This document shows positions 12,947-23,687 of a stretch of DNA of 64,000 nucleotides, piece after piece (the first letter of the stretch is position 1; each line of letters starts with the position of its first letter). Source of the DNA: Takakia lepidozioides. Taxonomy: Eukaryota; Plantae; Bryophyta. The notes under the pieces are model-generated. The model worked only from the letters and a program-made list of their open reading frames with translations, was not told where the DNA came from and did not search any database. Made by a program: the position numbers and the translations under genes. The DNA lies in NCBI GenBank assembly GCA_030704615.1, contig CM060732.1:35030001-35094000 (forward strand). Direction: 5' to 3'.

Positions 12947-12964
12947 TGGTGTCAAAAGACACCA
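12947..12964 (-). promoter_or_regulatory. 3'UTR stem-loop of protamine-like gene 1 (mRNA UGGUGUC-UUUU-GACACCA)
   Basis: Perfect 7-bp stem with 4-nt loop, 53 nt after the stop codon. Identical copy in the paralogue at 34747-34764. Confidence 0.65.
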
Positions 12965-13017
12965 GAGATGAAGCCTTATGTCATGCTCATTATTTAAGCA
13001 CTGACATTTCCTGGCCT

Positions 13018-13710
13018 TTATTTTGAAGTGGTGAGTGCAGGCGAATGACGAAGGGGGGTGTCAATGCCTGCATGCCCAGGATGGATTTGGTTGATATTCC
13101 GGCTGTGAGATTGAGATCTTGAGCGGCACCGATGTCGAAGTCCATGACTCTTACATACCTTATGCCTTCTGTGATGTGTGTGACAATATTCGTTCCGCTT
13201 ATGTCTTCTATGGTGTGTTTTACACCAAGTTGCTTTGCGAGAACGACGGCGGCGACGACGAGGAGTCCGTCTTCTCCTCCTCCTCCTTTTACGATGTTTA
13301 CGAGCTGGACGTCGTCTACGATGTGAACGACGGCGACGGCGACGACGTCGATGCTTCCGATGACTTCTACGACGGCGTCTGCGCCGACGTCTTGAATGTG
13401 AACGCCTCGGTCTTCTTCTGTGGTGACGTGAAAGAGAAGTCCCAAAATCATCGTCATTTGGGTCAGCTACTTTGCTCTTGTAGACACTCCCCGATTTTTT
13501 TATTCTGCCCGTTTTTGACAAATGTTTTAGGGCAGAAGCAAGAAGCTTTTTGTTCGTCCCATCAAGTTTTTCTCCATAGTTTTGCTCAAGGTCCTTCCGT
13601 ATTTGGGTCAAGCTAGCACCCCTACGTTGCTTAAGATGAACCATTGCTTGTTGGAGTATATTAAAATATGTGGGACGTATAGGCTTTTTTGAACTTGAAG
13701 TCTTCGTCAT
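13018..13710 (-). CDS. Protamine-like sperm nuclear basic protein 1 (histone H1 winged-helix plus Arg/His/Cys-rich tail), 230 aa, intronless
   Basis: H1 globular domain (PTYFNILQQAMVHLKQRRGASLTQIRKDLEQNY...LASALKHLSKTGRIKKSGSVYK) followed by poly-Arg runs. This is the architecture of the Marchantia PRM-type protamine precursor. Confidence 0.9.
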   Translation of the reverse strand: MTKTSSSKKPIRPTYFNILQQAMVHLKQRRGASLTQIRKDLEQNYGEKLDGTNKKLLASALKHLSKTGRIKKSGSVYKSKVADPNDDDFGTSLSRHHRRRPRRSHSRRRRRRRRRSHRKHRRRRRRRRSHRRRRPARKHRKRRRRRRRTPRRRRRRSRKATWCKTHHRRHKRNEYCHTHHRRHKVCKSHGLRHRCRSRSQSHSRNINQIHPGHAGIDTPLRHSPALTTSK

Positions 13711-13940
13711 TATTGCTAAACTTGGTGTTCAAAAGAAGTCTAAATGAAGATACAAATCCAACAAAAACGGTTCTTCCGGCACCAAAAGGGAAAAAAAGGT
13801 ACAAACTAGCAATGAACACGAGAGCGACACATTGAAGAAGTCCAAGAGTTATAATACAGAAAGATATGAGATCACGAGGGAAGGCTTCCCAAAAGGAAGA
13901 GTGAGAGAATATTGTGAGAAAAACTGGAGAGAAACGGCGG

Positions 13941-13971
13941 TAGAAATAGGCAGTGGATTCCTTCTCATTGG
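13941..13971 (-). promoter_or_regulatory. Core promoter of protamine-like gene 1 (CCAAT at 13967-13971, TATA-like CCTATTTCTA at 13941-13950)
   Basis: Both motifs recur at similar spacing upstream of the paralogue (35628-35661). Confidence 0.5.
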
Positions 13972-14939
13972 TGCTTCCCACCCTCACTTGGATCGATAGT
14001 TTTCTATTGGTTTAATTTTTGTGCACCCATTGATTATGGAGCTTTCCTCTCACACACGTCTCTAGGGCCAAACAGTAAGCCCCTTCATGTTAAAGGTCAT
14101 GGCTCTTGACCATTGATGCAAAGGGCACAACCCCTCACCTAGGGTTGCTGATCCAAAGTGATGAGATGTGTATGCTGGATGTATGAACACAAGCGGCTAG
14201 TCGCGCTCCTCCATCTACTTTCATCCAAAAAATCTTTGCATTGTCACCGCATACTTTTTCATCCTCTTCCATGGTTATGGCTTCATCCATTTCTTCGTCA
14301 TCAGTTATTATACATCCATTTCTTGGGGCAGGTACAATAGGATCAAACTCATTTTTGGCACTCATGCAGCAGAGTGTTTTTTTTTTCACTATTCCAAAAT
14401 CGCCATAAGGGCCACATGTAAAATTCTACCCAGCGCCCATGTGGCGAGAATGACGAGGTGGCAGGGTTAGAAAAGTGGCTATATAACAGCTGTCACATTT
14501 TAATAGGTCCACGTAGGAAAAATCTGGCTTCTGATATCTAACCAGTGGCGCTTTCTGGCGAATTTCTTGATTTTTACTCCCATAATTCCTTTGTAAAAGT
14601 AGCTGACCCATTTTTCCAGGTCGATTTTTCACCAGATTTAAAAACACTGCTGATGCCTAGCCAATAAAATGAACATGGTTCAGTTTAATCTTCTTCATGA
14701 ATTCCTATTGAAAAAAAATCATGTATGAATCCACATTGACTGTATTTTATTGGATAAATTTGTAATATTGTAGTAGTTAAAATGTCAAAATTATTTATTG
14801 TTGTAATATATAAGTAATAGGATAATACTAAACAAAATCAATGAGGTCCACAAATCAATGCTTCATATCAACCATATTCCATGCTGTATGAGTGTGTAAT
14901 AGGGTGTTGGAAATCTAGAATATATTTCCAGCTTTGTGT

Positions 14940-15445
14940 CTTGGTTTCACCTCAATTTGTGCAACACACAGTATGCAATTGTCACTGCACTTGCTCTATC
15001 AACCCTAGAATTCAAACATTTCAAAATGCGCCAACGATTTTTCAAAGATGCAAATGCATTCTCAATCACAACTCTCCCATTATTCATGTTAGAATCAAAA
15101 TGCAGCTTGTCTATTCCTTCAGGGTTTTGTGGTTTGTAATTCTTCATCAAGTATGTTCAGATTGGGTAAGCAGAATCGCCAATCAAGTATGGTGTGATTC
15201 TCATCCCCTGAACTGTAACCACGTATTCTTGTAGAATTGTTTGAGTTTTCAAATCTCTGTACAATCGTATTGACCTCCATCTGCACATCCCCCGGTTGGC
15301 TGACACAAACATTCCAAAACACCTTATCTACATCACACACAACTTGCAAAACAATGATATTGAATTTTTTGCGGTTTGTAGAAATCTGCAGCCCCAAGAT
15401 GACCCTCTTGTTCGGTTTTTTTGCAAGAGAAATATGGGTTCCATC
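14940..15445 (-). mobile_element. PIF/Harbinger (HARBI1-like, DDE_Tnp_4) transposase fragment, frameshifted
   Basis: DGTHI, IVLQVVCDVDKVFWNVCVSQPG, RVVIENAFASLKNRWRIL and CVLH motifs. Confidence 0.85.
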
Positions 15446-15488
15446 GAGCGGAAGAGTCGACCCTGTGTCAAGTTAGCACTAATCCATG

Positions 15489-15802
15489 TGTCAAGTTATT
15501 TTACCACTAGTGTGAAACTAGCTAGGAAATAGCTAGCTTTTACATATTGACATTTGGGATTGGCCCAAGTGTCAATCCAGGGGTCAAGGCAGATTTAGGC
15601 CCTGGAGTGGTTATCTTCACGGCAAGCGCGGAAGGCTCATCTTTCTCGAGTTGAGCCTCACCGTGCCTAGCTATGGCGCCGTAGTGTGGATTCCCCATGG
15701 CGTGGGGTGCACTTGGCTTGACTTGTATTTGAGTGATGAGGTTATATATGCATGAGTTTATGCTTCAGATTTGTGAGCTCGTGCTTGTATTCTTCTTCTT
15801 TA
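15489..15802 (+). repeat. Terminal direct repeat A1
   Basis: About 98% identical to 24148-24461. Confidence 0.95.
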
Positions 15803-16604
15803 TCACTAGAGAAAGATGAGCTCGTATCTGTGAGTGCCAGATACGAGTTAGTTGTAGCACTTGTGGTTTTTGCTTGAAAATGAGAGAAACCAAGTTGTTA
15901 TGCAAGGAGCACCGTGGAGCTCTTGGTTGTTAGAAGCGGAGGCGATGTGGGTTACGAGGTGGTAGACCTTGGCATTCGATCTTCAGCTTCAGAGATGAAA
16001 GCACCATGCTGCAGGTAATTCCAGAGCACCTTGATGGTTTCAGATTGTGTACATGCATGAGCAAGCACGATTGAGAAGAGGACCAGTCAAGAGCAGGTTA
16101 TAGTGGCTTTGGTGGCAAAGCTGAGAACTGGACTTGGGAATGCGTTGTGTGAAGGATTGCAAGACCAAGCGAAAGGGCTGATTTGGCTTGGGGCAAATCA
16201 GTGCACTTTGTGGAGTATGGTGAGATTGGGTTTCAATCTCGAGCTTCAGCATTGAGAGGGCTCTTGTCATGGCAAGAGCATGGAACAGGAGCTAAGAGGT
16301 GCGGCAAGGCCATGGAATGTGCACCTAGGGTTTCACAGCTTGGAAGAAGAGCTCTTGCACCACAAGAGAAGTGTCTTGTGGCTGGAAAATGTAAGCCTTA
16401 GGGTTTCAGGAGCTTGGCAAAGGCTGTGGAGTGCTTAGTCTTGTCTTAGAAAGCATCAAGGAGCCAAGGAGCCAAGATAGGGGGCTGATATATCTTGTGT
16501 GAAGAGGTTGCATGTGTGGAGCATGTATTCAGCTCATTGAAGCTTCCATCTTCAAGCTTGGAGGGCAAGCAAGGAAGAGGGAAGGGCTGATTTCCCTTAT
16601 GTGA

Positions 16605-17275
16605 GGGCCTGTGCCGGTGGCCTTCGGGGTCGTGACGGGCTGTGAGGGCCTGTGACGGGCTACGCCGGTGGCCTTGGGGGCTGTGATGGGCTGTGAGGGG
16701 TTGTGACAGGCCATGCCTGAGGCCTTTGGGGTTGTGAGGGGCTGTGTCAGGCCGTGCCTGAGGCCTGTGGGGCTGTGACGGGCTGTGACAGGCTGTGCCC
16801 AGTGGCCTGTGGGGTTGTGACGGGCTGTAAGGGGCTGTGACAGGCTGTGCCCGTGGCCTTTGGGGCTGTGTGGGGCTGTGACAAGCCGTGCCTGAGGCCT
16901 TTGGGGCTGTGACGGGCTGTGAGGGGCTGTGTCAGGCCGTGCCTGAGGCCTTTGGGGCTGTGAGGGGCTGTGGCGAGCTGTGACGGGCTGTGACGGGCTG
17001 TGCCCAGTGGCCTGTGGGGCTGTGACGGGCTGTGTCAGGCCGTGCCTGAGGCCTTTGGGGTTGTGACGGGCTGTGAGGGGCTGTGACAGGCTGTGCGGGG
17101 CTGTGACAGGCTGTGGCGAGCTGTGACGGGCTATGAGGGGCTGTGACGGGCTATGCCCAGTGGCCTGTGGGACTGTGACGGCTGTGACCAGTGAGCTGTG
17201 CGGGCCTGTGCTGGTCTGTGGTGGCCCGTGTTGACCTGTGGACAGCCTGTGCTGACTCGTGGAGGCACTGGTGGA
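16605..17275. repeat. GC-rich ~10-bp minisatellite (GGCTGTGACG/GGCTGTGAGG variants) in the element's 5' leader
   Basis: Dozens of degenerate units read directly. Confidence 0.9.
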
Positions 17276-20200
17276 CTGCCTAAGGACTGGCATGTGGTCT
17301 TGAAGGCCGAATTTTGAAGCTCGTGGAGGGCGGTTTGAGGAGTATCTTCATGATATTCCCATGGTCATGCAAGTGAGGGAAGAAAGGAGAGGAAGAGTGT
17401 TGGGATGAGGGCATGCTGGGGTTAGGCATTGCTTTAGCTTCTCTTCCTTGTAGTTTCCACCCTCTCATTAGGCCAAGACCTTTCCGTAGGTGGAGGCAAG
17501 AGTCAGTCCGGGTTTGGGCTGGGGTGTCCTTGCAGGAGCAACACCGTGGAGTTGTTTTTGGTGTGGGGGAGTTGTCGTTCTGATTTCTTGTGTTTGGATC
17601 CATTCCATACCTGCATGCTTGACTGTGCGCCATGCTAGTTTTGTGTGGGCGCTTGTTTTTATAGGTGATTGGTCCGGATTTGATCACCGGCCAGTCCTAG
17701 AGCATGCTGTCGATGGTGAGGCTGGGGTGATGACCAGCCAGACCATCATTGTTTCTCCTGTGGTGAGGTTGGAGGTGATGACCAGCCAACCATAGGAGTG
17801 CTTGCGGTGGATGCAGGTACAGGTGTAGGCTATGTTAGGAACTTAGTATTCCAAACCATAAGCCGCAACAGGTTCTCTACCCGGTTACCTTGTGGAGAGG
17901 GGGTTAGGGACATGTTCATGACCGGTTGAGTGTCAACACGGAGGTGCCACTAGTTGCTGGGGACAGTGCCAGTTCGAGCACTAGCGATACTAGTAGGTAC
18001 ACGAGACGAGGTGTGCGGTTTAGGCCACCTTCACCTCCTGTGTCTTCCACGGAAGGTTCTGATTCGGATTGTGAATCAGGAGGACTCATACCGGCGGTGC
18101 AAGTTGTTTCTTTGCCATTGTTGTGGGACACAATGGAGGAGATGTATGGAGCTACCAAGGGGCCACGAAGGTACTCTGGGGCGGTGGGCACCATCGAGTT
18201 GGATGATTTTATCCAAGAGTTTGATAGTTGGTGTGATTTGCAGCAAATGCGCAATCCACAACTATTTACGCCGTTCATGGCATGGAAAGGGCTGTTTCAG
18301 CACCTTGAGGGGCCGCCTATGGATGATTACCATGAGTTCAGGCGGGGGCATGAGGTTGAGATCGAGGAGTGGAGGATGTACTGGTCACCCGACTATATCT
18401 CCATCACTAGGGGCACTAGAGCCACGAGGGCAGTGGCTACACCTGCCGCTGCACCGGCAACTTCAGCAAGTAGCAGTGGAACTAGTGGGACTGGTGGTAC
18501 AGTAGCTATGATGTCCACCCAAGCCACTACCGCACCAGCACTAGCACCCGTGCCTGCCTTCAACCCTGTTGTGGAGTTCTTCGAAGACTTGAGAGGGAAC
18601 TACCAAGGGGTGAGGACAGAGAAGTTGCGGAGCTTGCAAGAGTTCCAACGGAAGCCGACCGAGAGCTTGAGGGAGGCTTTCACTCGCATGAGGCGCTTGA
18701 TAAATGTAACCCAAGGGGTTACGGAAGCTCAGGCAGTCCAATTCTGGTATGGGATATTGGACAAGGAGCTGAGGAGAAGGGTGCGGGATGCAACTCTCCT
18801 ACAAGCGGCCCAACCCACCTTAGCAAATGTGTTTTTGCTGGCAGAGCGGATAGAGCTCAACATGGTGGAGGAACGAGTGGTCATGGTGGGATTTGCTAAG
18901 GAGACACCACTGGGTAGTGGTGCTCCTAGCCAACCACTACCTCAACGTGCTCAAGACAACAAGGAGGCTCAGGTGAAGCTCAAGGAAAGGCAGAGAGGAC
19001 CTCAGATGCAGGGGTCTCTCCCTTCATTTGCTGGCCAACAACGGGCGGATGTGGTGTGCTGGACATGTGGAGGACCCCATGTCAAGAATGATTGCCCAGA
19101 GGGAGGCAAAGGGTCGGCACATGCATAGCCTGCACAGTTGCAGTGTGGGCATTGTGGCAAGCACGGGCATGGAGAGGCCCAGTGTTATGGTTTGCATCCT
19201 GAGTTGCGCCCAGGCCAGTTCTAAGGGAACAATGGTGGCTGGGGGCGAGGTGGAGCAGCCCAGAGAGGACGAGGTGGCCAGCCACGAGGCCAAGGGCAAG
19301 CTCAACGTGGCCAAGGACGCGGAGGTCAAGATGTTGACCAAGGCATGGCCAACCGGCTTCAGCAGCTAGAGCAGAGGCTCGCTGCCATGGCTACAGCTCA
19401 GGTGGTACCGGCTCTAAGGCCGGATGGTCCACCTCCTGCTCCTGAGGGAGGAGATATGGGAGGCATGGGATTCATGTGTGGAGCAACACTACCACTAGTG
19501 CAGGTGGAGTCTGCTGCAACCGTGACTCGAGGAGCAGCACGAGTTCCTGAGCCACAAGGTGCAGAGGTGGAGTTGGATCCACAGCGTGGGGAGGCAAGCC
19601 GTCAGGCTAGGCTTCCTCAGTCATTCACATTGGCGGAGACAGTGTCGACGCCATCCATGGCATCTAGTTCTCGCCCGACGGTTACCGAGGCAGAGGTTAC
19701 TATGCCATTGGGGAGAGCTACACGGGTAGCACCACTACCTAGTGTTGCCAAGGCTGCAGCAGCTAGTGTGCTGCTAGGAGCGGCCACATCTGTGTGCCAG
19801 GCTCCATTGTTCTCAACTACCATGATTGGAACGCCGGGGGTAAAACCAGCTGAGGTGTTCAGGCTGGCAGCTACACTCTGTGAGAGTGGGGAGGTTACTT
19901 CATCTTCTGCGGAGATAGTGGGAGGTGTAGTGCCGGAGGGATCCTCGGATTTGAGGGTCAAGACTGCCACGACGGCGCCATGGCAAGCTGCAGCTGCCAG
20001 GTTGATGGAGCTGTCAGCTAGGCCAGCCATTGAACGCGCCATGGTGACACCTGGAGTTGTCATGTTAGACAACCAGGATGGCATTTTCTGTTTGAGTGGA
20101 CCGGCAGGCAAGAGGTACCGGCCACTGCGGGTCTTGTTGGACTCGGGAGCTCAGCCATTGATGTTGGGCAGAGCTGCTATTGCAGGCTTGGGCTTCACGA

Positions 20201-20853
20201 AGGCGGATATGGAGCCTTGTCATTTCCAGATACAGACGTCTCTGGGAGGATCGGAGCAGGCTCGGGGCATGACACGGCGTGAGTTGGCTATCAGACTACG
20301 GCCGGATCACCCTACAGATGGCTCAGTGATGCGAACCAAGGCCATTGTGACAGACGCGGTCTTATACGATGTCCTGGTTGGTGGGGCAGTGTTGTACTCC
20401 ATGGGCTTCACCCTGGATTTTTGGGAGGAGTCAGCTTCCTATAGACCTGCATGGCAGTCAGGGGAGGGCCGGTGTGTGCAGCTCCCTGTGACGTTCATAG
20501 GAGGAGTTGCGGTTGCCCAGCGAGGCAAGATGCCGACACTAGCAGCATTCACAGCGGCAGTGAGTTGGCCTAGAGAGTTGCTTGAGGGCAACGCTCATTC
20601 AGAGGATGTGCCACCTTCGGGAGAGCAGGATGACATGTATGGTATGGCGGAGTTGCCTACCATGGTTGCTCAGACTCCATTGTGGGGCACGAGCAAGGAT
20701 TTGCAGCGGGATGCTGATCGACGGGTGCAACAAGCCTAGGTGGAGGCTTTTGTACCGTCAGGAGAGGAGGAGAGTGTGGGGATTGCACCAAGACCACCTC
20801 AATTGTCTCCATTGGACACCACACCTATTGTGTGGCAGTATCCGGATGAAGGC

Positions 20854-21228
20854 ATTTGTCTCCTGGACTTGTTTGGCGGGATCAGCACCGGATTGGCTGC
20901 TGTGTTACAAGCAGGTGTACGAGTTCGGCGTTACCTGTATGTGGAGAGGGATGAGACTGCACGACGCGTTTCACTTCGCCATGTTGCTCAGTTGGTGCAG
21001 CGGTACCCTGAGTTGTTGTCGGTGTCTGCAATTCGTGGATATCAGCAGGCCTTGCCAGCAGACATTTCGTTGCTGGGGGCGCAGGATTTGGAGCGGGTTG
21101 GCTCCATTGATCTGGTAGTGGCAGGTTGGCCCTGCCAAGGGCATTCATCAGCCGGGCATGGCAATGGATTGCGAGACTCGAGGTCGGGTCTGTTTTGGGA
21201 GATGGTGCGGGTTTTGCGCCACTTGCAG
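20854..21228 (+). other. C5 cytosine DNA methyltransferase N-terminal half (motifs I-V) embedded in pol between protease and RT
   Basis: Motif I LDLFGGIS (FxGxG-like), motif II YVERD, motif III ADI, motif IV IDLVVAGWPCQGHS with catalytic PC at 21130-21135, then GLRDSRSGLFWEMVRVL. Confidence 0.9.
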
Positions 21229-23552
21229 TGGATTCTAGCAGGGGTGGACTTTGCTCGGTGCTACATAGATGACATCATCATCTTTAGTGTTACGATGGAG
21301 GAGCATGAGAGACACCTTTAGGTGGTATTGGAGCGCTTGAGAGCGCATGGATTGAAGTTGCATCCGGGGAAGTGCAAGTTTTTCCACAACCAGATTGAGT
21401 ATCTGGGTCACATGATATATCCTGGAGGATTGGGGGTACAGCAGACTAAGGTAGAGGCCATTGCACAAATTCCACGCCCCACGGATGTGAGCCGAGTTCG
21501 AGCTTTCATGGGGTTGGCAAACTATTATAGACGGTTTGTCAAGAGATTTAATACCATTGCAAAGGCTCTAACCAAGCTGACCAAGGTGGACCAGGAGTGG
21601 CAGTGGAAAGATGAGCAGGAACGAGCTTTTCAAGAGCTCAAGGCGAGGTTGACCTCGGCGCCTATCTTGAGACGACCTATCAGGGGGCGTCCCTTTCAGC
21701 TGCATACGGATTGGAGCATGCTGGGGCTTGGAGCGGTGCTCACACAAGTGGATGATGAGGGAAGAGAGTTCGTAGTGGCTTACGCTAGCCGCTCGAACAA
21801 CGCTGCAGAGGCTAAGTACAGCTCATATGAGGGAGAGTGCTTAGCTGCAGTGTGGGCCGTGGCACACTTCAGGTGCTATCTATACGGCAATCTTTTCACC
21901 CTTGTCACGGATCACCAGCCACTCAAGTGGTTGATGGAGTCAGACAAGCTTACGTGGAAGCTTGCACGGTGGGCACTTATACTCCAAGAGTATGACTTTC
22001 AGGTTGTGCATCGACCGGGTTTGGTCAATCGGGATGCGGATGGATTGAGTCGCAATCCATGCATGAGCCAGCAGGATGACACTGGAGCTCGGTGGCATGG
22101 TGAGACGGACGAGGAGATGGTGCCGGGATAGCACGCATCTGCATTTTTGTGTATCTTGGCATCGGGAGGTCAGATTGGACCTACAACAGGGATGACTGTA
22201 GACGGAGTGTCTGAGAACCCTGAGGCTAGTGATGAGCTAGGTGGTGCCAGAGATATACATGAGGATTCGGCTGTGTTGGACTACCTCCGCACGGGAGACA
22301 CGGCAGCCACTATGACTGCCAAGGAGAGGGATCGGATCCTGCAACGAGCCAAGAGGTTCAAGTGGGAGGGGATACACCTACTTCGAGTGTGGGAGGATGG
22401 TCGGGTGAGGATTGTGCCTCACCCCACACAGCATGCACGGTTAGTGCGGCATGCCCATGAGGAGTTGGGGCATTTTGGAGTGCAACGCACTCACAGTTTA
22501 CTGCAGGGGCAGTATTGGTGGCGTGGTATGTATACAGAGGTGCAACAGTTCGTGGCTAGGTGCATGGTGTGTGACAGGGCGCGTGCTTCATTCAATGCCC
22601 CTACACCACAGTTGCATCCTTTACCAATCATGGATTGGGCTACAGGTGGAGTCTTGACTTCGCAGGACCGTTGCCACTGACTATGCGCCACCACAGATAT
22701 GTGTTGGTGATGGTGGAGCACTTCTCCAAGTGGATTGAGTTGGTTCCATTGCCTGACAAGGCTAGTGAGGGGGCTGCGTATGCATTCTTGGATCATGTGC
22801 TTAGCCGATTTGGTGCTCCAGCTGAGGTACTCACGGACCAAGGGAGAGAGTTCTTGGGGGAGTTTCAGGCTTTGTGTGATAAAGCCTTGATAGACCACCA
22901 CACCACTTCTCGGGATCATCCTGAGGCCGATGGCTTAGTAGAGAGAGTTGTTCAGACGGTGAAGAGGGGTTTGCGCAAGTATGGCTTGCAGAAGGGACAC
23001 CTAGGAGATTGGGATCTTCAGGTTCCTTGGTTAGCCATGGGCTACAGGTTCAGCAAACAAGCATCACTTGCCTCCTTCTCACCATATTTCCTTCTCTTTG
23101 GCCGAGAGCCGGATTTGCCTGCAGTCATTCGTAGGGACACTGCTCAAGTCCTTAACCTTGACGATCCGGACGTGTGGGTACGTGCATGTGATCAGCGTGC
23201 AAAGTTGTTCAAGAAAGTCATGCCCATGGCTTTTGAGAACCTTGCCATTGCATAGCACCGTGATACGTTGAGGTATGCCACTATACGTGGTGGAGGATAT
23301 TGTCCTGGGGTTCGGAGGTTTAGCCCTGGTGACTATGTTTATTTGCAGCAGACTGCTCCTACGACTCTGGATGTTACTGCAGGGCGTGTTATTCTGAGGG
23401 TTCGAGAGGTGTTGCCCTCAGGGGTCCTGATCTTGGAGGGTCGGGATGGCATGACTTGGAAGGACCATGTGCGTAATTGTGTGTCATGTCACCTTCCCAA
23501 TGTCGATGGCAGAGTTGACCCAAACTTGGCAGTGGTACCTGCAAGTTTGAGG

Positions 23553-23687
23553 TGCATGCTCTGTGGGTCTGCCAAAAGGGCAGCCATCATGCTGGTGTGT
23601 GATCGATGCTCAAGGGGTTGGCATATGGGATGCTTGACACCACCTCTTGAGAAGGTTCCTGACAGAGATTGGTTGTGTCCACACTGC
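23553..23687 (+). other. PHD finger (C4HC3) at integrase C-terminus
   Basis: CMLC-x11-CDRC-x4-H-x2-C-LTPPL-x7-WLCPHC: all 8 ligands and the conserved W are present. Confidence 0.92.

Noticed and set aside
12990-13616. Alternative-frame and antisense ORFs over the protamine-like genes (also 34752-35207, 34830-35024)
   Set aside because: By-products of CGN-rich Arg codon runs that lack stops in other frames.
16529-17293. 254-aa antisense ORF
   Set aside because: Translation of the 10-bp minisatellite; no domain evidence.
20854-21228. Bacterial restriction-modification methylase or contamination
   Set aside because: In frame within a Gypsy polyprotein and flanked by intron-containing plant genes.
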